Shown here in pieces: positions 24,005 through 34,804 of a stretch of 62,853 bases of DNA (the first letter of the stretch is position 1; each line of letters starts with the position of its first letter). Below the pieces are notes generated by a model. The model had not been told where the DNA came from, made no database searches, and saw only the letters and a program-made list of their open reading frames with translations. The stretch is from an uncultured virus (IMG/VR IMGVR_UViG_3300010338_001863). Lineage: Duplodnaviria; Heunggongvirae; Uroviricota; Caudoviricetes. The stretch lies in the IMG/VR virus record IMGVR_UViG_3300010338_001863; one strand, 5' to 3'. The position numbers and the translations under genes are program-made.

Positions 24005-26699
24005 GCAAGAAGCGTCTTCTATTTTTGATCAGATACAGAAAGAAGCCGCAAAAACTTTAGTTGAAGCTAATCTGTCTAATTTATCTGAAGAAAAAAGAAA
24101 AGAAATAATTGCTGAAGGTGGGGATTCTATTTGGGAATCTGAAAATATTTTGAATTTTAGAGATTTTATAAGATCGCCTGAACATATGAATTTTCCAGAG
24201 TTGTCTGATAGACAATATGCCGTTTCTGATTATATTCTTGGGGATGACCCCAAAAAAATGTTTGACAACAATAGGAATACAGCGGTTTTGGTTTGGGGGA
24301 AGGGTTGTGTAACCGAAGATTGTGAAATATATACGGCTGATGGAAAAAGAATAACGGCTAAAGAATCTTTTGAAAAAAATATCCCGTTTTTTTCTTGGAG
24401 TTATTATAATGATGAGGTAAGGCCTTTTTTGTCTACTCCATTTATTAAAAAAGATAGAAAAGAACATTGTTATTTTATTATAACATCTAATGGAAATACT
24501 ATAAAAGTTTCTGAGGATCATCTTTTTTTAAGCAATGGAGAATGGGTTAAGGCAAAAGATTTAAAGGTTAATGATAAAATAGATAGTGTAATTTGGTATA
24601 GTATAAATAATTTACATCCAGATGTAACAGAAGAATTTGCTTATCTTAATGGTGTTTTGTATGCTATTAATAATAATGGATACTTTGAGATAAAAGACAT
24701 AAAAATATATGAAAAATTTAAAGAATATTTAGATAAGAATAATTTTGTCGGTCATATATTAAAAAATGGCGTCCTTTCTGAAGAGGCAAAAAAATTCCTT
24801 TTATCGAAAGGTTTTAATTTTGATTTTAACAGAATTGACCTTAGGTTTATATTTACTAATAAAACTTCGAGGTTAAGTTTTCTTAAAGGTTTTTTGCAAA
24901 ATGAAAAAAACAAAAAAATATCTATTGATTTATATAGAGATCTAGATTTAATGTTTAGAAGTTTTGGTATAGTATTAAGATATGACTATAGAAGAAATAT
25001 TATAAAGAATTCGTATTATAGATTACTTAAAAATATAAAAAATATAAAAGAAAAAAAGCCTAAAGTAATTCAAGAGAAAATATGTAAAAAAATATATATG
25101 GGGGAACATTGGGTTTATACCCCAACTGTTCCAATATCTAAAAACTATATAATGTGTAATTTTATAAATCACAATAGCGGTAAAGATACTATTAGCGCCT
25201 TGATTCAATTATATATAGTATATGTATTATTGCATTTAAAAAGTCCGCAAGCTTTTTTTGACAAGGGACCACAATCTAGTATAGATTTGCTTAATATAGC
25301 TAGCACGAGAGAGCAAGCTCAGGAGGTTTATTTTCAATTATTAAAAAAGTTTATTTTAAATTGGACTTGGTTAAAAAATAGGTATCAATTGACTGTTAAT
25401 GGTAGATTTTTCTCTGCGCCAGCTAGCCAAGATGCTATAGATATTTCAAATAAAGTGGTAATTACTAATGAGTCAATAATATTCCCTAAAAATATACAAA
25501 TGTTTAGTGGATCGTCTGAGGCTGATTCTTCTGAAGGTAAAAACTTGCTATGTTTTGTGTTAGACGAGGCTGATGCATTTAAATCAGGGACAAGTAGAAG
25601 CGCAGAAAAAATTTATAGAGTATGTAGAACATCAGCTTTCTCTCGTTTTAAAAATAGATTTAAAGGATTTGTTATAAGCTATCCTAGGTCTGAGAAAGGG
25701 TTTATTCTTTCTTTATATAATTCAGTTAAAGATGATATCCAATATTATTGTGATAGAGCCGCTACTTGGGAGGCATTGCCCCCTAGAATGTTTTCTAAGG
25801 ATACATTTAATTTTAATGGAGTAGATATCCCTATAGATTTTTACGAAGAATTTAAAATGGACCCAGTAGGTTCTCAGTTGGCTTACATGGCCGTGCCAGT
25901 TGAAGAATCGAATAAATATATAGAAATAGAAAATTTGACTACCCCATTTGCTGAAAAAGAAAGATCCATTTTTGAATTTAAAGATTATATAAAACAAGAA
26001 GTGGATGGGAAGTATGTTTGTAAAGATATTATATACACTCCATCAAAAATGCCCGCCGGGCATTATTGTATTTCTTTTGACTTGGCTGTTAAAGAAGATA
26101 ATTGTGCTGTTTGTTTGGCGCATTTAATAGAAGATAAAATAATAATAGATTTTGTCACTGCTTGGGTCCCTAGGCCAGACGATAATATAAAAGTATCTTT
26201 GGCTAATGTTAATAAGATTGTCCAGGAAATGAGTGAAAAGGTGAGGCCATCTATAATAGGTGGAGATACATGGAATTCGGCTTTATTATGCCAAAACCTC
26301 CAATCAAAAGGGTTTAACGCAAAAACCATTAAAATAACCCATGATGATTATTTGTTATTTAGGAGGTTTTTATTGAATGGGAATGTTTTTATTCCAAAGG
26401 ATACGTATCTAATTAACGAGATAAAAGATTTGTATTATGAGAGATATGATAAAGTAAATCACCCAGATGGGAAGCACGATGATAGATTCATGGCGTGTTT
26501 GATAGCTTTCAAATCTTTACTAAGCTTAAATGTTAAAAATACAAATTTAATGTTGGAGGGAGAATTTGTTGGAGACAATCTAGCAACTTCAGATGATTTT
26601 GTAGATTCCGAGAGTTTGGAAGAAAACGGTATATTTATAGATAGTAAGTTTATGATTAATTTGGACGATCCTCCAGACAAGAAATACCGTATTATTTAA
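23979..26699 (+). CDS. terL: terminase large subunit (intein-containing)
   Basis: Spliced Walker A WGKG|SGKD, Walker B VLDEADAF, ISYPR; nuclease motifs FDLA..ED and HPDGKHDD. Confidence 0.92.
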   Translation: MARPRKVNKQEASSIFDQIQKEAAKTLVEANLSNLSEEKRKEIIAEGGDSIWESENILNFRDFIRSPEHMNFPELSDRQYAVSDYILGDDPKKMFDNNRNTAVLVWGKGCVTEDCEIYTADGKRITAKESFEKNIPFFSWSYYNDEVRPFLSTPFIKKDRKEHCYFIITSNGNTIKVSEDHLFLSNGEWVKAKDLKVNDKIDSVIWYSINNLHPDVTEEFAYLNGVLYAINNNGYFEIKDIKIYEKFKEYLDKNNFVGHILKNGVLSEEAKKFLLSKGFNFDFNRIDLRFIFTNKTSRLSFLKGFLQNEKNKKISIDLYRDLDLMFRSFGIVLRYDYRRNIIKNSYYRLLKNIKNIKEKKPKVIQEKICKKIYMGEHWVYTPTVPISKNYIMCNFINHNSGKDTISALIQLYIVYVLLHLKSPQAFFDKGPQSSIDLLNIASTREQAQEVYFQLLKKFILNWTWLKNRYQLTVNGRFFSAPASQDAIDISNKVVITNESIIFPKNIQMFSGSSEADSSEGKNLLCFVLDEADAFKSGTSRSAEKIYRVCRTSAFSRFKNRFKGFVISYPRSEKGFILSLYNSVKDDIQYYCDRAATWEALPPRMFSKDTFNFNGVDIPIDFYEEFKMDPVGSQLAYMAVPVEESNKYIEIENLTTPFAEKERSIFEFKDYIKQEVDGKYVCKDIIYTPSKMPAGHYCISFDLAVKEDNCAVCLAHLIEDKIIIDFVTAWVPRPDDNIKVSLANVNKIVQEMSEKVRPSIIGGDTWNSALLCQNLQSKGFNAKTIKITHDDYLLFRRFLLNGNVFIPKDTYLINEIKDLYYERYDKVNHPDGKHDDRFMACLIAFKSLLSLNVKNTNLMLEGEFVGDNLATSDDFVDSESLEENGIFIDSKFMINLDDPPDKKYRII
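24306..25175 (+). mobile_element. intein (290 aa) with degenerate LAGLIDADG endonuclease
   Basis: N-terminal CVTEDC, block B VSEDHLF, C-terminal HN followed by Ser; inserted in the Walker A loop. Confidence 0.92.
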
Positions 26700-26711
26700 A
26701 AAAAATATAGT
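26695..26711 (+). promoter_or_regulatory. putative late promoter motif, copy 2
   Basis: TTTAAAAAAAATATAGT, 9 nt before SD-less ATG 26721. Confidence 0.65.
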
Positions 26712-26720
26712 CTTATTAGT

Positions 26721-27065
26721 ATGAAAGTAATTGCAATAATTAATTCTATGCCTGGTCCGATGGGAGATTATGGATTAGTAGAAGATTATGGATATCCTAA
26801 TATAGAAGAATATGGGATGGATTTGGGACAAAGAGATAATGATTTATTTGTCCCATATGGTGGAACTGGCGGGACTATAATAAATGAAGAAATACCCAAT
26901 ATTAAAAAAATACTTTTGGATTTAAGAAATATAAAAATTGATGAAGAGTTGCAAAAGGAAATAGATAACCTTAAACTATATTTTGATGTAGAAGTGGCTA
27001 ATTCTGATGAAGAATTTAATTCTAAATATAATAATTCTTTTGACGTTGTTATAACTAATGTATAG
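26721..27065 (+). CDS. hypothetical protein
   Basis: 114 aa. Confidence 0.7.
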   Translation: MKVIAIINSMPGPMGDYGLVEDYGYPNIEEYGMDLGQRDNDLFVPYGGTGGTIINEEIPNIKKILLDLRNIKIDEELQKEIDNLKLYFDVEVANSDEEFNSKYNNSFDVVITNV

Positions 27066-27077
27066 GAGGAACAATAA

Positions 27078-30000
27078 ATGATTAAGGAAACTTTAAAGAA
27101 AGTTTTGGAATCTTTTAAAAAAAATATCTATAATATAATAACAAATTTAAGTATAGATGTTACGCAAAAAGTAACAATTAAAACATATTCATTAATAGAT
27201 TTGGCTGTAAGTGTTATATTGGAATATTTATTAAATGGCTTAATTCAAGAATTCGATAGCAATCCCTATAAAAAAATGTTAATAGTTAATTCTTTTGAAA
27301 AAAATAAGCTAGGTTTGTCTACAATTGTAAGAGATGAAATAAAAAACATCTTAAATAACAATAAGGACATGGAATTTAAAGATTTATTAATTAGTTTTGC
27401 ACAAGGAATTGATGATAATTTCATTGGGATCTTTTTTAGTAATTTAGATATAGAAATGTCAAAAGAGAAAAAGGTTTTGATTAACTGGGCAATAGTACGG
27501 CAAAGTTTAGAATCTCAAAAAAGTCAATTAATTTATATTAGAACGTATCTGCATTCTTTGTTAAAAAAGATGTTGCCTATTGATTATGTTCAAAGTTTAT
27601 TATATAAAATTCTTAATATTTATAGAAAATATGTTCATGACGCTGAAGAATTAGATATAGATTTGAGGAATAGATTTATTAGCTATGTTAGTTCTCTTAA
27701 AAGAGTATCTGATAACACTCCAGTGCTAAAAGAAAAAATAGAAGAAATGCGAAAAGCTATTGGGAAAAATGATTCTAATGTCGCAGAAATATTTATGGCT
27801 TTATCTAACCATCAGAAAATTATAAGTGGGGTAAGCCGAATGTATATCCCTGCAAATAGACTTCATGACGAAGAAACGGCAAATTTAGTATTTTATAATT
27901 ATACTAAGATTAATAATAATTTAGAAGAATTAGTAAAGATTTTAAGTGAATATACCGAGGATTATCAAAAGGCCAATGATATATTTAAGATAGTTTTTGG
28001 ATCGGCCAAATTAGAAGAAGATTTAAGGCCATTTTTAGTGAATTACAAGGAATTTGAGCTCCAGGATGTGGTTAACATTGAAAATAAAATAGAAGAGACG
28101 ATAGAACAGTTAGATGTAGATAACGTTGCGACAAAAATGGAGAATATATTAAAAGAATTTGATAAAGGCGCTTTGTTTAATTTAAAGAATTTAATATTTA
28201 AAAAAGTTTCTAATAATAATATTGATATAGATTCGAAGATTTCTGAATGTTTGATGTATTATGACAATTGTATAAAAAAAATGGAAGATTTTAGCGATAA
28301 ATGTGAGATAATCATAAAAGACTTAAAAGAAATTGAGGGAATATATATGGAAATGGAAAATGAAAGTAATGTAGAAGAGAATATACATGAGCCAGAGTTA
28401 GCTTTAGCTGTTGCAAAAAATAAAGCATTAAACAAAAAAGCCGATTTTTTCTCTTTTAAGACAAATTTTTATGAGATATCTCAAAAGCTTTATTTGGAAA
28501 TAAAAGATTTATTTAATATCATGTATCAAAATATGTATAAAAAAAATATATTATGGAACGCAGAAAACTTTGAGAAAGAATTGAAAAATACGATTGCTGA
28601 TTATTTTCAGCGCGATTTGAAACATCTTTTTAAATCTGGATTAGAATCTATTATAAAAGAATTTGAAATTAAGGTTGAAAGCGCAAAAGATAGATTAATT
28701 TCTGCTAGCATCCCTAATTATGATTTTATTATATCTGTATTAAAAAGAATAAAAGATATGTCTACTTCTGGATATGAAGATGCTATCAAAAAAATAGCTG
28801 CTACTACTGGGAAGTATTCTTTTGGCCCTATTAAAGTTGAGAAAAAAATAAGAGTGATAATAGATGATAAGAAGTTTTTCGAATTGTTTTCTGCTCAAAT
28901 TGATGCAAGAAAAAGCGAAATAATTGAGGAATTAAATAATATTTTTAATAAAAAAGGAGAAGAAATTTATTATAAAATTAAAGAAAAGTTGGAAGTTATT
29001 ATAAATTTTACTACTTTTATAAAATTAAATGCTTTTCGTGATTATGAAAGTTTCTTTTTATATTTAGATTCTTTAATTGATTTGGCTGATAAATTTAATA
29101 ATAAATTAGATGAATTGGTTGAAAAATATAAAAAGGGAGATACGAATATATCGTACGAAAAAGGTCCTATTTTAAGTTTTGGGGCATATTTGTCTCAAAT
29201 AGGTGTTATTAGTGTAGAATATTATTTATATAAAAAAAATAACGAAAGTTTGCAGGATTATATAAATAGAACTGATATTTTAAAAAAAGAAGTTGAAAGG
29301 TTTAAGGATAATATTGTAAAATTTCTTAATTTTATAAAAAGTTTTAATATTGAAAAAATATTCGATGATATTAACAATATTGATGAGAATTATAATTTAT
29401 CTCCTATTGGTGGGGCAAGTTCAACTATAAAAAACAAATTAGAAGATAGATTTAATGAAATTTTGAAGGATAATGTTTTAATAAAAAAAATATATGATGA
29501 TTTTAGATCTAATAATAATATAGGAAGTTCTTTGAATATAGAAAAAGGTATTAAAAAAGAAATAGAAAATATATTGGTTAATAATAAATCTATTGATAAT
29601 AAAATTGTTAATATAGATGATGCTTTAAAAGGTAAAAAGATTGACATAAATGAATCAAATATCGCTGTAGCTATATTAACTAATTGTCTTTATAAAATAG
29701 TGTCCAATTCTGTTTACAAACAAGATCTTATGAATTTTTTCAACAATGCTGGATCGTTGCGTCCCGAAGATTTAAAACAAATAAGGAATTTAATATATAT
29801 GGACAATTCTTTTGAATATATAAGGGAAATTTATGAAGTTGCCTTAATGCCAACTAAGGAACAAACAGAAAAAATATTAAATGATATAAGAAATTTTGTT
29901 AAAACAAATAAATTAAAAAAAATGGTGTGGCATATGATTGGTGCTATGCCTATAAACAAGAAGAAATCTTCTTTTGAGTATAGTGATATAAACATGATTA

Positions 30001-30533
30001 TTGAAGAGATGGTCACTTCCATTGCTAATGCTATTTTGAGTTTTGTTAACGAATGTTATGTCCAAGCTTTTGATTCATATTATGACCTAATAAAGAATGT
30101 CCAACCCAAGGAACAAGAAAAAGATTCTAGGACGCAGAGAATATATAATGACCAAGATCGAGAAAATCAGATGGACTATGATCAAAATATATCTCCATTT
30201 AATCAGTTTTCTTTATCTTATGCTGCTAAATTAAAAAATAACGTGATTAAAAAAATAGCTTATTTAACTCCTAATTATGAATGGTATAAAGATTATGATT
30301 TGAGTTCTAATAGACTAAATATTCTTAATATAAATAAAGAGAAATTCCTTATAGTTAGTAAGGAAAAATTTGAGCCTGGAGAACAAGTTATTATAGATAA
30401 TGGGGTGTTCCAGAAAGAAGCTATAATAGCCGAAAATATCGATAATTATAAATATAAAGTATATATTGATGGGTTAGAGGATGTGGTTTCTGTTATGCAA
30501 ATTAAGAAAATTAGGAGGCAAAAAAATGGATAA
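27078..30533 (+). CDS. large putative internal head protein
   Basis: 1151 aa between TerL and portal; K-x-A motifs at segment boundaries; C-terminal SH3/KOW-like segment. Confidence 0.6.
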   Translation: MIKETLKKVLESFKKNIYNIITNLSIDVTQKVTIKTYSLIDLAVSVILEYLLNGLIQEFDSNPYKKMLIVNSFEKNKLGLSTIVRDEIKNILNNNKDMEFKDLLISFAQGIDDNFIGIFFSNLDIEMSKEKKVLINWAIVRQSLESQKSQLIYIRTYLHSLLKKMLPIDYVQSLLYKILNIYRKYVHDAEELDIDLRNRFISYVSSLKRVSDNTPVLKEKIEEMRKAIGKNDSNVAEIFMALSNHQKIISGVSRMYIPANRLHDEETANLVFYNYTKINNNLEELVKILSEYTEDYQKANDIFKIVFGSAKLEEDLRPFLVNYKEFELQDVVNIENKIEETIEQLDVDNVATKMENILKEFDKGALFNLKNLIFKKVSNNNIDIDSKISECLMYYDNCIKKMEDFSDKCEIIIKDLKEIEGIYMEMENESNVEENIHEPELALAVAKNKALNKKADFFSFKTNFYEISQKLYLEIKDLFNIMYQNMYKKNILWNAENFEKELKNTIADYFQRDLKHLFKSGLESIIKEFEIKVESAKDRLISASIPNYDFIISVLKRIKDMSTSGYEDAIKKIAATTGKYSFGPIKVEKKIRVIIDDKKFFELFSAQIDARKSEIIEELNNIFNKKGEEIYYKIKEKLEVIINFTTFIKLNAFRDYESFFLYLDSLIDLADKFNNKLDELVEKYKKGDTNISYEKGPILSFGAYLSQIGVISVEYYLYKKNNESLQDYINRTDILKKEVERFKDNIVKFLNFIKSFNIEKIFDDINNIDENYNLSPIGGASSTIKNKLEDRFNEILKDNVLIKKIYDDFRSNNNIGSSLNIEKGIKKEIENILVNNKSIDNKIVNIDDALKGKKIDINESNIAVAILTNCLYKIVSNSVYKQDLMNFFNNAGSLRPEDLKQIRNLIYMDNSFEYIREIYEVALMPTKEQTEKILNDIRNFVKTNKLKKMVWHMIGAMPINKKKSSFEYSDINMIIEEMVTSIANAILSFVNECYVQAFDSYYDLIKNVQPKEQEKDSRTQRIYNDQDRENQMDYDQNISPFNQFSLSYAAKLKNNVIKKIAYLTPNYEWYKDYDLSSNRLNILNINKEKFLIVSKEKFEPGEQVIIDNGVFQKEAIIAENIDNYKYKVYIDGLEDVVSVMQIKKIRRQKNG

Positions 30534-31773
30534 ACAAGCTATAATCCAAGACATATTGTTAGATACTTATTGGGCTAATACTGTTGGTAAGACTACCTAT
30601 CCTGGCGCCAGACAGAATTATATGGCCGAGCTAGAAAGGAATATGTTAAAATTGTTCGCTTTGAAAGTGACTTTTTCTGAATTGCATGATATATTGAATG
30701 GATATGGATATGAGAGTGATGATATAAATAAAATATTTAGACAAATTACTCATGTAGATCCAAATAAGATAGTATTCTTGAGAAAAGAAATGTTAAAAAA
30801 TTTGCCTCCAGAAGTCCCTATGTATAGTTATGGATTTGGGAAAAGCAAAAAAGGTGACACTTTTTACTATGTGTTATATGATGATATAAGCTCTTCTTTT
30901 GGAGTTTATGAGAAAAAAGCTGGAGAAAAAGACTATTCTTCTGTCAAATATTTTTTAACATTAAATGAAGCTTTTAAATACATATCCAAAAAAACAAAAA
31001 ATATATATAGATTTGATTTGCCAGCATGGGAGGAAGCTCTTCAATTTAAGGGGGAATTGAAATTTGAGGAGGATAAGAATTATAAAGAATTGGATGATAT
31101 GCTATATAATTTATATAAGTCTGATTCTTTAACATTTAAGAAGGCAGATCAGATTTTGACTGAATCTGTGAAGAAAGGGAAAATTTCTTATGATGCTGCT
31201 ATTAATCTCATGAAAGTTTATGCTGAAGATAAGTTAGATAAAAATCATGAGAAAGATGTTTTGGAAAATAAAAAAGAAGAGGAAGAAAAAGGACCTAAAG
31301 AAGAAGAAGAAGTAAAAAAAGAGAATTTAAAAGAAAAACAGGAAGTTTCTATGAAAGAAGAGCTTAAAAATAAAACTCCTGTTGATTATTTTAAATCAAG
31401 CTTGCCTAATAGGTTAGATGTATCAGTCCCTGATCAAATTAAAAGCGTAATGGTGTATATAAACAATAAATCTAGCGATATTTCTAAATATCAGATTAAA
31501 TTATATAAACTTAACTATGAATTACAGCAAACCATATCTAAGTTCGTCTCGTTAAATCCAGAATTAGGAAATGTCGCTAATGATTATATAGCGATGATAA
31601 ATGTTATACTTGAAATAAAAGATAGGTCGTCAAATAAAGTCAAATATGGGTTAATAGTGTTTTTTATATCTCCAGATGGGTCTGTTAGCACATCCGATTC
31701 TTTTAAAGGAGAGGATGATATAGTGTATGGATTGAGTGAGAATGGGATCGATCAATATTTTTCTAAAAGTTAA
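30526..31773 (+). CDS. hypothetical virion protein
   Basis: Start moved to ATG 30526 after AGGAGG. Confidence 0.75.
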   Translation: MDKQAIIQDILLDTYWANTVGKTTYPGARQNYMAELERNMLKLFALKVTFSELHDILNGYGYESDDINKIFRQITHVDPNKIVFLRKEMLKNLPPEVPMYSYGFGKSKKGDTFYYVLYDDISSSFGVYEKKAGEKDYSSVKYFLTLNEAFKYISKKTKNIYRFDLPAWEEALQFKGELKFEEDKNYKELDDMLYNLYKSDSLTFKKADQILTESVKKGKISYDAAINLMKVYAEDKLDKNHEKDVLENKKEEEEKGPKEEEEVKKENLKEKQEVSMKEELKNKTPVDYFKSSLPNRLDVSVPDQIKSVMVYINNKSSDISKYQIKLYKLNYELQQTISKFVSLNPELGNVANDYIAMINVILEIKDRSSNKVKYGLIVFFISPDGSVSTSDSFKGEDDIVYGLSENGIDQYFSKS

Positions 31774-31795
31774 TTGTTAAATAGGAGAAAAGAAT

Positions 31796-33691
31796 ATGAA
31801 AAAAACCGGGAAAATCGGTGATAATAACAATAATGAAAATGAAGACTTGATGTCTGGGGACTTTTCTTTTTTTGAAACCCCGGCCGAAGATGGTATTAAA
31901 AAAATAGCTAAATTGACAAAAACTGCCGCTGATAATAATTATAGTTTCATACAAGATGTTGATTCTTCGGCATTACCAAATGTAGGTAAAGCCCCTATTT
32001 TATACATAGATCCGATGTTCGATCCTATCTTATTTTTGTTCCCAAAAGATAGGATAGATGAAATAAATAAAAGATTGAGGCATTATTATGAAACCAATCC
32101 TATAGTTGGGTCTGCTATAGATCTTCATTCAAGTATTCCAATAACAGATTTTCATTTGGAATGTTTGGATAAAAATAATCAGAAATATTGGAACGATTGG
32201 AAAGATAGGGTAGGATTAATTGAAACTTTGAGACAATTAATACATGATTATTGGTTATTAGGTGAAGCAATAGGGATACCTATATGGGATCCATATAATC
32301 AAGAAATAAGTCATTTTAATCAATACCCTCCAGAAAATATAGATATAGTTCAAACTTATGTTACTCCTAAAAAATTTTTTCTTTTAAAACCTGATCCGAA
32401 ATTAAGCGAGAAGTTAAGATCTAATGATGGGATAGATGCTGAGCTTGTTAGATATATGGATCCTAAATATATAGAAAGCATTAAAAACAATAAACCATAT
32501 TTATTAGGAGATAGCGATAAGGTTATTTATTTGGCTAGAACTACTACAAAATACAGAAGTAGAGGAATATCTATTTTATCTAGATGTCTTAAGGATTTGT
32601 TGTATATGGATAAATTGAGGTTATTACAGATAACATTCGTAGATAGGCACTTGTTCCCATTAAAAATTTTTAAATTAGGATCGGAACAGCATAAATGGAT
32701 TCCTAGCAAAAAACATTTTGTAAAGCTAAAGCAAATATTGGCCGCGAATCAAAGCGATCCGTCTTTTAATATAATATGGAACTTTGGTTTGAGCGTTGAT
32801 TATGTTGGGACTCATGATAAAATAGCAAATTTGATACCAGAATTTGAGTGGGCAATTAAGCAGGTTATGGCTGGGTTATTTGTTAATGAAGAAATAATTC
32901 ATGGTGGTTTACCGTCTACAGTTAGAGATACTACTAGCATGAGGACATTAATGCAACGATATAATGATGTAAGAGAAAAAATAGAAAGAATGCTTATAAC
33001 TCATGTTTTCTTGCCGGTAGCAAGAGCTAGGAGAATGTATAAGAAATCCGCAAAAGATTATTTTGAAAAGCTTGAAAAAAGAGCAAGTGATTTATATTAT
33101 TCTATATATAAAAAATCTATCAAAAAAGGAGATATTGCTCCTCATGATATATATGTTAAGGCTAATTCTGGATTAATTGATATATCTGCTTTTGATATTC
33201 CAAGACCTATATGGAAGAGAATAAATATATTCAATAATTTAACGGAGCAACAATATATGATGCAATTGGAGAACGAAGGGAAGATCCCTCTTTCTGTTGT
33301 CTTGGAAATGCTTGGCTTAGATCCTGAAGCTATATTGGAGAAATTAAAAGAGCAAGAATCTACTAGGTTTGATAGTGTGTATAGAGAAATAAAATCGGAA
33401 TTAGCAAAAAGTGAAGAGATTAGAAGCCAAGTTTTGGCTGGGAAAAAAGTAGAAGAATGGATAGCCGGGAATAAAGTTACTCCGGCCCCTTCTTCTGGCG
33501 GTGGTTTAGGTGATTTGTTTGGCGGAGGAGGAGGTTTAGGTAGCGGCCCTAGCTTACCTCCTATGGGTGGTCCAGAAGGTATGCCTCCAATATCTCCAAT
33601 AGAAACATCTTCTGCACCAGAAGTTCCTACTGAATTGCCTAAAATGGAGTCAGAAGGGCCTTTGCCTAATTTGCCAGAAGGAGAAAAGTAA
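31796..33691 (+). CDS. portal protein
   Basis: Motifs YYETNPIVGSAIDLH, YWLLGEA, RGISIL and PLKIFKLG; Gly/Pro-rich tail; located between TerL and the protease. Confidence 0.8.
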   Translation: MKKTGKIGDNNNNENEDLMSGDFSFFETPAEDGIKKIAKLTKTAADNNYSFIQDVDSSALPNVGKAPILYIDPMFDPILFLFPKDRIDEINKRLRHYYETNPIVGSAIDLHSSIPITDFHLECLDKNNQKYWNDWKDRVGLIETLRQLIHDYWLLGEAIGIPIWDPYNQEISHFNQYPPENIDIVQTYVTPKKFFLLKPDPKLSEKLRSNDGIDAELVRYMDPKYIESIKNNKPYLLGDSDKVIYLARTTTKYRSRGISILSRCLKDLLYMDKLRLLQITFVDRHLFPLKIFKLGSEQHKWIPSKKHFVKLKQILAANQSDPSFNIIWNFGLSVDYVGTHDKIANLIPEFEWAIKQVMAGLFVNEEIIHGGLPSTVRDTTSMRTLMQRYNDVREKIERMLITHVFLPVARARRMYKKSAKDYFEKLEKRASDLYYSIYKKSIKKGDIAPHDIYVKANSGLIDISAFDIPRPIWKRINIFNNLTEQQYMMQLENEGKIPLSVVLEMLGLDPEAILEKLKEQESTRFDSVYREIKSELAKSEEIRSQVLAGKKVEEWIAGNKVTPAPSSGGGLGDLFGGGGGLGSGPSLPPMGGPEGMPPISPIETSSAPEVPTELPKMESEGPLPNLPEGEK

Positions 33692-33692
33692 T

Positions 33693-34358
33693 ATGTTTAA
33701 AAAAGCGGAATCAATGGAAGATATAAAAAAACAATTAGCTAATATGAAATTAGAAGATAAAATAGATTTATTATCTGATGTTGATGTAGATTGGGATGGT
33801 TTTTTTGCAAGTGTATTATTCCAAAAAATGCAAAATGATCCTAACGTCTCTGAAAAGATAAAATCTAAGCTTTCTAGAGGGGAGTCTTCTTTTGGCAGTC
33901 AAGAAAAATCAGAAAATATTGAAGAGAAATTTGGGGATTCTGATTATGGAGAAGAATTCTCAGATGAAAAAGAAGAAGCCATAGATGATTTAAATAAGAT
34001 GATTAAAAATGAAAATAATGAAGATTCTGAGGATATTGATGAAGAAAATAAAAATGATAAAGAAGAATTTAAAGAAAGCAAATCAGAAAAGCCTAAAAAA
34101 GAAAAAATAATTAAATTTAAGTTAAAAAAGGATGAATTTGAGGGCAACAAATTAAATGATAAAAAGTCTTATAATAGTAATTTAGATCATGATTCTGATG
34201 AGTATTCTGTTAATAGAGATTATTCAGTAAAGGATGGAAGAACATCTTATGATCCAGCTCATCCAGAGGATTATATTATAGATGATGAAGATAATGAATT
34301 AAACCCTGGTAATCCTAAAGGTAAAAGAAATTGGGGAGAAAATGGTAAAAAAAATTAA
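33693..34358 (+). CDS. acidic hypothetical head-module protein
   Basis: 221 aa, begins MFKKA. Confidence 0.7.
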   Translation: MFKKAESMEDIKKQLANMKLEDKIDLLSDVDVDWDGFFASVLFQKMQNDPNVSEKIKSKLSRGESSFGSQEKSENIEEKFGDSDYGEEFSDEKEEAIDDLNKMIKNENNEDSEDIDEENKNDKEEFKESKSEKPKKEKIIKFKLKKDEFEGNKLNDKKSYNSNLDHDSDEYSVNRDYSVKDGRTSYDPAHPEDYIIDDEDNELNPGNPKGKRNWGENGKKN

Positions 34359-34575
34359 TCCAAAGTATTACAATAACCTGTCTTCTGTTTCTTCCGCAAA
34401 TTTTTATTTTAATAAAGCTTTTGAGTATATAAATTATGCTTTAATGGAGTTAGATGCGTTGGATTTTGAGACAGAAGAGGTAGTTAATATTAAAAAAAAC
34501 ATAGTTTATTTAGAGGATAAAATTAAGAAAAAGATGTATGAAATTGAAAATAAGGGAGGCCAAAGTGAGTTTTAA
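34342..34575 (+). CDS. hypothetical protein
   Basis: 77 aa, GGAG RBS. Confidence 0.6.
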   Translation: MVKKINPKYYNNLSSVSSANFYFNKAFEYINYALMELDALDFETEEVVNIKKNIVYLEDKIKKKMYEIENKGGQSEF

Positions 34576-34789
34576 AAAATATGGAGAAGTTACTACGATA
34601 AAAACATACAAATTTGGAGAGAAAAGAAAATATATAATATGTGACAAATGTAAAGGAAGAATTGGAGTTTTTGATAAGAAATTTGCAAAAATAAATGAAA
34701 GACTTATCCCTATAGAAAATTTATCTGGAATGAAGATTAAGTGTTTCAAGTGTAATAATCTTATAGATATGAAAGAAGATGTGAGATAG
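34538..34789 (+). CDS. zinc-ribbon protein
   Basis: CDKC...CFKC; a TT-A8-CATAGT motif lies upstream at about 34490-34505. Confidence 0.65.
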   Translation: MKLKIREAKVSFKKYGEVTTIKTYKFGEKRKYIICDKCKGRIGVFDKKFAKINERLIPIENLSGMKIKCFKCNNLIDMKEDVR

Positions 34790-34804
34790 TTTGGAGGTAA
34801 TAAA

